From Octopus sinensis (taxonomy: Eukaryota), in contig NC_043021.1 in assembly GCF_006345805.1 (NCBI RefSeq), positions 22,816,001 through 22,880,000 of the forward strand: 64,000 nt of DNA, given 5' to 3'. The number at the start of each line of letters is the position of its first letter. Position 1 is the first letter of the stretch. A model generated the notes under the pieces. That model saw only the letters and a list, made by a program, of their open reading frames with translations. It searched no databases and was not told the DNA's origin. Below are positions 1 through 10,677 of this stretch, in pieces. The position numbers and the translations under genes were made by a program.

Positions 1-74
1 TTCGACGGTTAATGAAACCGTACAACGAGTAGCAATTGAAAACCGGTTAGTTCAGTTAATCTACACGACCACAC

Positions 75-325
<251 letters not shown>

Positions 326-634
326 CGTTATTATCATTAGTAAGTTTTGTCTTGCTAAACTCAAAAACACTTTCCTGTGTTGAAAGCGGTTTACAGTCAG
401 AAACAAAAGAACTGTTCGGCAATATTCATCAATAGGAAAAGCAACTTAAATATTAAATTTTGCTCTCCGAATCCACGGTACAAAGCTGGAGAGCATAACG
501 ATTCTGTGTGTCTTCTTGCGATACAATATCGATCACTGGGTTATCCTGTGTGTATATGTAGTTATTTCAAACATGTAGAAGTGGGTCCCCAAAATATACT
601 TCAATCGCTCAAATTAAATGATAACGTCAAAATA

Positions 635-860
635 AAGATTCCCAAATCGGGCGTTGTGAGTGTTTATTGAGCGAAAACACCTAAAGCTCCACGATGCTCC
701 GGCAGGGGCTAGCGGCGAAACCTGCAGTACCCTTTCACCCCAAATGTCTCTCACTCTTTCTTCCTGTTTCTCGGTCTACCTGTATTTCAAAGCGACAGCC
801 TTGTCATACTCTGTGTGTCGCTGAATCTACCCGAGAACTACGTAAATGGTACATTATTTT
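635..860 (+). mobile_element. Partial tRNA-derived SINE, family A
   Basis: GGGCGTTGTGAGTGTTTATTGAGCGAAAACACCTAAAGCTCCACG...CCGAGAACTACG matches the body of the full copy at 15341-15720. Confidence 0.85.
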
Positions 861-980
861 TCGTTGCTGCCATTGGTCATCCACAGCCTTATTCAGCGAC
901 ATGATCGTATTTATATCAGCAGAAGTTGTCTGCCTCCTCATCGAGCTGTGAATAATGTAAGCGGTCCGTTTACAATTGTC

Positions 981-1208
981 TTAACCCTTTTGTTACTGTA
1001 TTTATTTTGAGATGCTCTGTGTTTCTTTCAATTACTTTAAATATAACAAAGAATTTAGTAAAATAACTTAGTTATAATTAAGTTAGTGTTAGGAACATGA
1101 ATTGTGACTATGGTTTGGTGGAAGATTTTGATTCAAAACTTATGAAAACAAGACATTTGTACTCAGAACCAGAGCTGGTTTCAGCCGGGTTGGTAACGAA
1201 AGGGTTAA
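981..1208. mobile_element. Non-autonomous piggyBac-type MITE
   Basis: TTAA at 981-984 and 1205-1208. Ends CCCTTTTGTTACT and GGTAACGAAAGGG are imperfect TIRs starting with CCC. Confidence 0.75.
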
Positions 1209-1926
1209 AGAGTAACGTAACTTATTCTAAGAGATTGAGAAGAGATAGCAAATAATCTATAGTTGTCCTTGACTTGTGTTCTATTTATCAATTCAGGATG
1301 GGACTGAAGCCAAAATCAGCCGCGCAGGATTCGAAACACTGCGCGAAAACCCGACGCATTAACGATTCTCACTGTTCTCTACACGAACAAGTTTTATATT
1401 GCTGGTAATTAATTTAACTACCACGGAATATTGGTGAATATTACATTGAAACCCTGTGAGAAATGAACGCACATCAATGATTGACCGAACAAAATATCAT
1501 AAATGCATTTAGTCTGACATTCACTGCCAACCTCCTCTTCTCTACAAGTATTATCTTGTGTGTGAAATATTGTCGATCGATTCCTAGAAACGTTGCTTCA
1601 ATTCCCAGAGTATAAGAGACGAATATTCAATAAAGCATCCAGTCAAATCTATAAACATTTCTGACAGATGCGATGTTCAACTGTCATGATAATATTGTCA
1701 AGTCGTAGAGCAATTAAAGTTTTGTTTGGTTCGAAAAGCTTAATGTTACTGTAAGTTGGCCTTTCCTGTTGGCAAACTGTGTCAAACCGCTCTTTACTCT
1801 CCGATGGTAAACCGTTTTCGACACTGAAACCATGTCTTGTATGACTTTATATAAAAAAAAATTAATAATAATTACTAATGTTAATACGTAAAAATATACC
1901 AGCACGGTAGTGGTCGAGCTGATGAG

Positions 1927-1927
<1 letters not shown>

Positions 1928-2002
<75 letters not shown>

Positions 2003-2100
2003 ATAGTAGTAGTAGTAGTAGTAGTAGAAGTAGTAGTAGTAGTAGTAGTAGAGTAGTAGTAGTAGTAGTAGTAGTGGCAGTGGTGGCGGTGGTGGTGATC
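1928..2100. repeat. Compound (ATT)n/(AGT)n/(GGT)n microsatellite
   Basis: Direct reading. Confidence 0.95.
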
Positions 2101-2463
2101 GGCGGCGTTGGCAACTGCATCACCATCACCATTTGTAACGTTACCAGAAGACTCAAGAGAAAGGAATGATATCTTATTAAAATTCTTTCGGTCACGTTTC
2201 TCTGGCGTAAGTCTTAAATATTTCATTTCTTATTACTATCATTACTTTTCTGACATGCCTGTAAAATCAGAGAAAAGATAGTTGCTTTAGACTGGAAGCA
2301 TTGTAATTTCTAGTTTCGTAATTCTACCTTCATTTTTTTTTTTTCAAATTGCGAAAAATTCTGCACTGAATTTCATTACTCGCAGTTCAATAAATTTACG
2401 TCACAGCTAGATATAATTGAATATTGTGTTTCACGAAAACGAGTCTGTTTACTTGTATTCGTT

Positions 2464-2680
2464 GCACTCCGTCGATTACGACGACGCGAGCCACAGTTGA
2501 TCCGAGCAACGGAACGGCCTTCTCGTGAAATTAACGTGCAAGCGACTGAGCACTCTACGTGTACCCTTAACGTAGTTCTCGAGGAGATTCAGCGTGACAT
2601 AGAGTGTGACAAGGCTGGTACTTTGAAATACAGTTAGAAAATAAACAGGAAGAAAGAGTGAGAGAAGTTGTGATGTAAAG
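2464..2680 (-). mobile_element. 3' part of SINE family A
   Basis: Reverse complement matches 15500-15720 (CTGTATTTCAAAG...GAGAACTACGTTAAGGGTACACG...TTAATTTCACGAG...CGACGGAGTGC). Confidence 0.85.
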
Positions 2681-4234
2681 GTGTGTGTGTTTGTGTGTGT
2701 GTGTGTATACACATGCAAGCAAAAACGCATACTTGAATACGCGTCAGAAATATAAATGGAAATATTGATTGAGAGATAGATAGATAGATAAACAGACATA
2801 CATAAGTACTTACATACATATGTATTTTGCTTAAATGCTTTATATGTGTATGTTCGTGAGTCGATGTGTGTATCTGCGTAAGCGCATGTGTGTGACTAAA
2901 TTTTGTCTTTAATCTTTTGGTGCTAATGTGTTACTGAGCTTATAAATAATAATAACAAATCATGGGAAATTAGGAGTCTGATTACAACTGCAAAAACAGC
3001 CTACTATTAAATCAATTTTCGCCATTGATCATCATTTTTGTAGTTTATAACTTAATGATTATCAAATACAGCAGCTTTAAATTGTCTATGAAACAGCAAA
3101 GCAATGAATATGTCCTCATAAAGCTAATAAAAATAATTTATGATATATCGTCGTTGTACAGTAACGTTATATGACCTTTCTATATTTTATTCGTTGCTCG
3201 ATATAAACCATCTCTGATGAATAGGCATTCATTGGATAGATAAGAAAACCGCCATTAATCTTAACATTTCGAGAGGAGATATTTCACACCAACAAATGGA
3301 TGTTACGGCGTGAAAAAGAATACATTGCACTGCAAAAGAGAGCTAGATAATTTTAGCAATAGCTTTTTAATAAATAACATGGTAGTAAATTATAGTATAT
3401 TATTCATATTCTGCAGACGATTATTGACGCCATTTTTGTTTTGTTTTTCTCCTCTTTCTCAACTTTATTTATATTCGTTTTTCTATCTAAGTTTGAACAG
3501 GTTTTCATTATCATTGAAATGTGGAATTCTTTTTTGTCACCGGACAATTGGAGTCATACAAAACTATTCATTGTTAATGTACTTTCAAGTATTAAATTGG
3601 AAACAACTTATTGCTACTTAACACACACAGTAGACATCTAACTTTATTAATGAAATTGAGCAGTTCATTGAAGAGCAAGCGTGGCTGCTCTTTATTTAAA
3701 TTAGGAAAGTAATTTAAACCAGAATCACATTCGCTTTCGATACATTGCTATTGAAAGTGGAAATAAAAGAAAGAGAGGGAAAAATAGTCCAGGTTTTTAT
3801 CTAGATAATTATAGTGAAAATCGGTGAATGGCTGAACCTATTAAAACAACATATAAAGTGTTTAACGGAATTTGTCTATGTTACGAGTTCAAATTTTAAT
3901 TCAAATATCATCCTTCTGAGGATGTTGTTGTTTATGCTGATGTTGGTAGTGTAGTTGATGTTCCTTCGCAAGTCATCTTAGAGGAAGTTGAACGATGAAG
4001 AAAACAGTTTCAGCCATGACGAAAACAGCTTTCGTTTTAGATATATCTAACCTCGATTATCTAGGTTACTATCACCGGAAATTCTGCTTCATGAATTAAG
4101 GCCAGGGAATGTTCTAATAAATGTACGGCTACTACATCTGACAATGAGAATAGTTATTTAGAGGCCAGCGTATTATCCCAGAATTTTTTTTATTCATCTT
4201 AAGAAATAAATTTGACTATTTGACTATTGATACT

Positions 4235-4470
4235 GGAGGCACGTGCTTTAGTGGTTACGGTATTGAAATCGTGATCATAATATTATGCTTTCGATCCCTG
4301 GATCTGGCGATACGTTGTGTTCTGTAACAAAACGGTTTATTTCACGTTACTCTGCAACGAGTAATCAGAAGACCAACCACCATTCACACCCAGATTGGGA
4401 ATATATACGCCACGGAAACCGGGAAACAGGCCCACATGAGTTTGCATGCTTCAGGAAGGGACTGTATCCT
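4235..4470 (+). mobile_element. Old tRNA-derived SINE copy
   Basis: Box A-like TTTAGTGGTTA and box B-like TTCGATCCC, followed by a body resembling CORE-type SINEs. Confidence 0.55.
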
Positions 4471-4812
4471 TTTATCATAGTGTCTCACATCATGTTTTAC
4501 TCAAATTAGAAACCGCGTCTCCAAATGTGACTGCAATATTACCTAAATTATTGCATAAACAATATAATAAAAAATGAACAACAAAGTAGTTAAAACAAAC
4601 AAATAAAATAAATAAAATAAAATCAAACGAACATGAATACACAGGGGATACTGATAATGCAGGTACCGTACACATTCCACACACAAACAATTACTAAACA
4701 TAGATGCACATAGGGATATACGCATGCGCGAATAAAGACACATACAACAGGAATACAAAATGGTAGATCGTTAGGAAGGAGAGACACAAAAATGAAGGAA
4801 GAAAACAAAGGA

Positions 4813-4852
4813 CCACTGATGAGGTAACAGAAATGTGACGAAAGAACTCTGG
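4813..4852 (+). ncRNA. Degenerate minimal hammerhead-like motif
   Basis: CCA-CTGATGA-G-GTAAC(agaaat)GTGAC-GAAA-GAAC-TC-TGG. One mismatch in stem II, stem III only 2 bp, stem I 3 bp. Confidence 0.35.
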
Positions 4853-5035
4853 CTGAAAATACAATTAATGTGACATAAAGCTGAAGCAACGGAACACCAA
4901 ATATATAGTGCGTGTGTTTTCACTGACTACTCTGGTAACATGACCGACCCAAATGCCATAATATATATATACACAGATAGAGAGAGATACAGAGCCAAAA
5001 GTTCTGTATACATATGTGAAAGTGTGTACATATTA

Positions 5036-5093
<58 letters not shown>

Positions 5094-6221
5094 ATATCTA
5101 TATATATATATACACGTATATATATATATGTATATGTATGCATATGTATGTATATATATATATATATATGCATACATATATATATATATATATATTCTCT
5201 TTCATTCTTCATTCTCTCTCTCCCTTTCACCATTCTTCATGGTCTCCTCAAACCATTCCCCTTCTTCTCTCTTCCTCTTGCTCCTCCTCCCCCATTCCCG
5301 TCGTCCATCTGCGACGATACTTCCGTCGTAACTGCTATCCTGTCTTTTCTCGCCCGCCTTCTAAGGCTACTGGTCGACATTTTTTCTCTCTCGTCGTCCA
5401 CTTTAATCCAGCGTTTGCAATACTTTTTTCGTCTGGCGTTAACAGCCCTTCTTATCTTGTTCTCCTTGTCCTGTCTCTCACTGTTATATATTTATTTTTC
5501 CACTGTTTATATATATATTTTTTACTGTTTATATGTTTGTACTGTCGTTACCGTCTTGCTTTTTTTTACCCCTCTGCGAAAAGATCTCAGAATTTTAATT
5601 GATTTGCTTTTCGCACGAAGGAAGTTTTCTTCGAAGTATACGTCTCGCTTTTATCCTTCGAAACGTTTAGTAGATGAAACCTTAGCGACTGAAGAAGGGG
5701 ATTTTTCGTTGTGCTTATTGTCCTGTATCTCTTTTTTTTGCTTGTCTTGTTCCTTGGTTTGTGTCTATGTTTTTCGTCTCTCTATGTGTTCGACGTCTTT
5801 TTGGTGTCCTGTACACATATATGCGTGTATATGTACATGTAGAGGTAGGTACGTACATATATGTTTATATATATGCATATGTTCTATTTTATTAACATAT
5901 ATATATATATATGTGGATTAACGTCTATTTGTTTCTCTCCCAAGTCAGTAGCAAGCTACACAGCTTCAAAACTAACTGACCTTAAATATATATATATTTG
6001 TAACCACGTGTTTGCCTACAAACCCGTAAGTACGTTTTCATCTAACTACAAATTGTTATATACACCTGTTTGTCTTTTAATATCCTCAAACAACCAAATA
6101 ATCAAAAACTCACACCCTTAAGAAAGAACATTTATATATATATATACACTTCTTTAACTCCCAAGAAAGAATATATATATTTTCAAAAATCAAAAGGAAA
6201 ACAAACAAAAGAAAAACAAAC

Positions 6222-7451
6222 ATGACTAACTTGCAGGCCTGCAACAGACGAAATTGGTCTGATAACGAAATTGATGTTTTAATAAACACATGGCTCTCTC
6301 TTTCCCAAACAGAAAATCTAAATGTCTTGTGTTTGAATGAGATTGCCGAAAAAACATCACAAGTGGTCAACACACGATCCGTCAAACAGATTCGTAGCAA
6401 GTTGAAACATATCGAAGTATCTTTCAAACTGATAAGAGGCCATTATGAAAAGCTTCTACATATTTTCACAGTTCAAGAACAACAACAGCTAGAAAATCAG
6501 CAGCCACAACAACAACAACAACAGAATGAGCCACTCCTGGTTCCCAGCACAATGGCTGACCCTGACATCGGTCAGGCACAACAACAACAACAACAGCCAC
6601 AGCAACAAGAACAACAACAGCCACTCCTCAACTCTAGCTTACTAGACGATTCACTAAATGCCAGTATCTTTTCACCGCTCTCACAGCAACCACCACAATT
6701 ATCATCATCATCATCACCACCGCTGCCACCATCGTCTTCTATCACCAAAAATACCAACAGAAAACCAAATAAGAAACCACTGCCCTCTTCCCCCACATCA
6801 CCACCTCAATACTACTGCAGTAACAAAAACTTAAAGAAACATAGGAAGCAGAATGCGCCCCCCACGGCACAAACAAGAAATCCCCAAATATGCCGCTATT
6901 CACTGCGCCAGAGACTCTGCACAAATAGTGACTGCATCTTCACGCATCTACCCGGCACTAGACGCACTACCGGCCAAGGCCAAAGCACGCATCCCACAAA
7001 AACATCAACACCACCAAATAGTAAATCGAAATTCAAAACACACACAACTCGGAGTCCCAAAATCTGCCGGTATTCCCAACGTGAGAGAACATGTCTACTG
7101 AGTGACTGTCCCTTCACTCATCTTCCGGGGACCCGACGCACAAACAGAAACGGGGCCTCAAGCCAACACACAAACCTGAATAACAATAAAAATAGAAACA
7201 CACCATGCTGCAGTAATGCTGGTCCAGTCTTTTCAGGAAGACACAAAAACAACAACAACAAAAGTGGAAACTACAACCCTATCCAACAGTGCAACCACAC
7301 CTCCAGCCAAAAACTGCTCCCTAAGCAGGAAAATTCTTTTTTAGCTATGTTGAACATGGCAAAAGAGATACACAAAAACATTCTAGCCATCACTCAACAC
7401 CATCCTATGCTATTACCCCAGTGCACCAATTCCCCACATTGCTGCCACTAA
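6222..7451 (+). CDS. LINE ORF1 (409 aa): Myb/SANT-like N-terminus, Q- and P/S-rich linker, two C-x8-C-x4-C-x3-H zinc fingers
   Basis: ATG at 6222 and an uninterrupted ORF. NWSDNEIDVLINTW...RSVKQIRSKLKHI is trihelix/Myb-like. Fingers are CRYSLRQRLCTNSDCIFTH and CRYSQRERTCLLSDCPFTH. Confidence 0.85.
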   Translation: MTNLQACNRRNWSDNEIDVLINTWLSLSQTENLNVLCLNEIAEKTSQVVNTRSVKQIRSKLKHIEVSFKLIRGHYEKLLHIFTVQEQQQLENQQPQQQQQQNEPLLVPSTMADPDIGQAQQQQQQPQQQEQQQPLLNSSLLDDSLNASIFSPLSQQPPQLSSSSSPPLPPSSSITKNTNRKPNKKPLPSSPTSPPQYYCSNKNLKKHRKQNAPPTAQTRNPQICRYSLRQRLCTNSDCIFTHLPGTRRTTGQGQSTHPTKTSTPPNSKSKFKTHTTRSPKICRYSQRERTCLLSDCPFTHLPGTRRTNRNGASSQHTNLNNNKNRNTPCCSNAGPVFSGRHKNNNNKSGNYNPIQQCNHTSSQKLLPKQENSFLAMLNMAKEIHKNILAITQHHPMLLPQCTNSPHCCH

Positions 7452-10400
7452 CACACACAAAAAATCCAAGCCCCCTGCAACAGTCAAAACCAGCCACTAC
7501 ACTAACCTCCACATTCCTACTCAATGCACAAGGTGTCAGCCCTTCCATCAATGCACAAAAATGGAAGGTCCAATTCATTGAAGACTGGGTTGGTAACCAT
7601 TCACACCACATCCCTTTCTTCATTCTCACTGAGACCCACCTTGACAACTCCCACTTGGAAGCCGAAGTGAGAGTGAAGAATTTCACAACCATCCGCGCGG
7701 ATCGTATCGGCAGGAGGAAGGGTGGAACTGCCATTTTCCTGCATGATTCATTTACGGCAGATGGAAATAGTATATTCTCCAACGGCTACTGTGAATCAGT
7801 CACCGTGCACAACAATGCCAATGACCTGACAGTAATTGGGCTCTATAGGCCGCCCCAAACACCCATACTGTGCTTTAAAGAATGCCTCAACAGCATTAAG
7901 CGCTTTATTCAACAGTGCCATTCTAGCAACATACTCATGATGGGAGACTTCAATCTACTCTGTGTTGACTGGACTACAAACTGTTTGAAACCAAGCACTC
8001 CCGCCTCAACCGCTGACAAAAAAGCAGCAGAGTCACTTTTCGACTTTACGAATGAGTTTTTCTTGTCCCAACTTGTCCTTGCACCAACAAGACATCAGAA
8101 CATTTTGGACCTAGTGTTTAGTAACCACACTAACACTATACATAACGTTACAGTGGAAAAAAACCCTTCTTTCAGACCATGACATGGTTCTCTGTAACAT
8201 GAAATTCCACCAGCCGAAAGCTAATCCTAGTGACCTTCCTCCAGCCCACACATTTGACAACATGGATCTCCATAAAGCCAACTGGGATGCAATCAGGAAC
8301 GAGCTATCAAATGTTGACTGGTCCTTTACACATACACACATCTCCACCAACCATAAAACATCTTGGCAGATCTTTGTAGACACTGTCACAGACATATGTG
8401 CAAAACACTCCCCACCAAGACCTGTGAACAAAAAGTGCAGAATCCCCCAAAACAGAAAAACCATTATCAGAAAAATAAAAAAAGAACAAACAAAAAAATT
8501 AACAAACTAAAGTACTGCCAACAGCAACACACACATTCGACGGCTATCGCACTGCTTGAATCCAAAAAAATATAACCTCCAACAATGCATGAAGACCCTC
8601 ATCAATAACGAAAGATCAGCTGAGGAGAAGTGGGCCATTGAAAAAATCAAACTCAACCCCAAAGTGTTCTTTTCATTTACGAGGAAACGCAGGGTCACTG
8701 TCTCCACTGTAGGCCCTCTAATTGACGAAACTGGCACTCTCCAAGATAATGCCAAATCCATGGCCGAGATACTGCAGAAACAATACTGCTCTGTTTTCAG
8801 CAATCCTGATATGGCCGATCTGGGCTGTATCAGTGATGTCAACCCCCAACACACTATATCGGACATAACGTTTAGTGCCCCTGATGTCTTAGCGGCGATA
8901 AACGAAATAAAACACAATTCAGCAATAGGCCCCGATAGGTTCCCTGCTTGTGTCCTGAAGGTGTGTCGACACCAACTTGCATCTCCCCTTGCTAATCTGT
9001 GGAGAAACTCACTGGATGCTGGCTATATTCCAAAAAACCTTCTGTCCCAGTCTGTTGTCCCAGTTTTCAAAAAGGGAAACAAGTCCCTTGCAGTGAATTA
9101 CCGTCCGATCTCACTCACCTCTCATATCATCAAGGTATTTGAGAGGGTGGTGAGATCTCGAATAACCCAATTTCTGGAAAGCAACAGACGGCTGATCTCC
9201 AACCAACATGGGTTCCGTAATGGAAGGGACTGCCTAACGCAGCTCCTGCATCATTTTGAGGACATTTTGAGAGCTTTGGGAGAGGGCTCCAACACCGATG
9301 TCATCTACCTTGATTTCAGTAAGGCCTTCGACAGGGTCGATCACAAGATCCTATTGAAAAAACTATCCAACATTGGTGTCTCTGGAAAGTTACTGAAATG
9401 GATTAAGTGTTTCCTGACAGACAGATCTCAACATGTTGTAGTTGAAGGGGTAAAATCAAGCCCAGCCAAAGTCAGTAGTGGCGTTCCGCAAGGCACTGTG
9501 CTGAGCCCACTTCTTTTCATCATTTACATTAATGACATTAATGACATCATCAAGCACAGCAACATAAAAATCTTTGCAGATGACTCCAAGCTACAGAAGG
9601 TCATAAATGAGGCGAGTGACCGGACATGCCTTCAGTCAGATCTACTGGCTGTTATCCAATGGGCAGAAAAAAACAATATGCTGCTGAACGAGGATAAATT
9701 TGAGCTAATCCACTTTGGAAAAGAGGATGCCCTGAAACTCCCATACTCCCTTCCTTCAGGTGAAACTCTCGCGGCGTCCAACAACATCAGAGACTTGGGA
9801 GTAATTGTGGACAACAACGTAAGCTGGGCCACTCATATAAACACCAAAGTTGACATGGCCCGCAGAATGTGTTCCTGGATTCTCAGAACTTTCCAGTCGA
9901 GAGATATCCACACCATTATCCTTCATTTCTCCACTTTTGCCCGACCCCACCTTGAATACTGTTGTCCACTGTGGTCTCCCCACACAATACAAGGTATCAT
10001 AAAAGTTGAAGCACCTCAAAGGGCAATCACAAAAATGATAGATGGCATGACAGGCCTCGACTATTGGGGTCGACTAGAAAAGTTAAAACTCTATTCTCTC
10101 CAACGTCGTCGTGAGCGCTACATCATCTGCATGATGTGGAAAATATTCCATCAGCATTGCCCAAATGATGTTGGCATCACCTTTAAGGTACATCCAAGGC
10201 TTGGGCCCCGTGCCATCCGCCCAAAACAAAAATCGCACTCTCATCTCATAACAACAATACGGCACAATTATTTCACCTCAATTGGCCCCGCTCTCTTTAA
10301 CATTACACCAAAACACATTAAAACAGAAACTGACCCTATAGGGTTCAAGAAGTCTTTGGACAGATTCCTTCAAGAAATCCCGGATAAACCCCCTACACCC

Positions 10401-10460
10401 GGATATGTCTCTGTAAACAATAACTCTCTACTTGAGTGGGCCATAGTGCCCAAATTCTGA
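7421..10460 (+). CDS. LINE ORF2, apurinic-type endonuclease plus reverse transcriptase, split by three homopolymer frameshifts
   Basis: APE motifs FLLN, LTETH, MGDFN, ILDLV and SDHD (the last across the frameshift). RT motifs YRPISLTS, QHGFR, YLDFSKAFDRV, GVPQG and FADD. Track pieces: 7421-8182, 8184-8510, 8363-8575 and 8556-10460. Confidence 0.93.
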
Positions 10461-10567
10461 CTTGAAAGACTTCACCAGGTGGTGCTATTAAGTTAGACAT
10501 GGCCTGGGCCAATAATGGCCGAAACCTATCAAAGTATCAAAGTATCAAAGTAAAGTATATATATATA

Positions 10568-10602
<35 letters not shown>

Positions 10603-10611
10603 ATATATATA

Positions 10612-10677
<66 letters not shown>

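Larger units (their letters stand above)
5912..10558 (+). mobile_element. Apparently full-length non-LTR retrotransposon (CR1/L2 group LINE)
   Basis: 5'UTR (start approximate), ORF1, APE+RT ORF2, short 3'UTR with hairpin and (AAAGTATC)n tail. Flanked on both sides by (TA)n. The C-terminal LEKLKLYSLQRRRERY motif resembles CR1-group RT tails. Confidence 0.92.

Noticed and set aside
5610-5710. CCTTCGAAACG...GCGACTGAAGAAGGGG as a type II hammerhead
   Set aside because: CUGAAGA and GAAAC are present, but no consistent stem III/UH and stem I can be drawn, and stem II needs several wobbles.
10500-10530. GGCC-AATAAT-GGCC-GAAAC in the LINE 3'UTR as a hammerhead
   Set aside because: Both LINE copies lack the CUGANGA strand. 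It is better explained as the RT-recognition hairpin.
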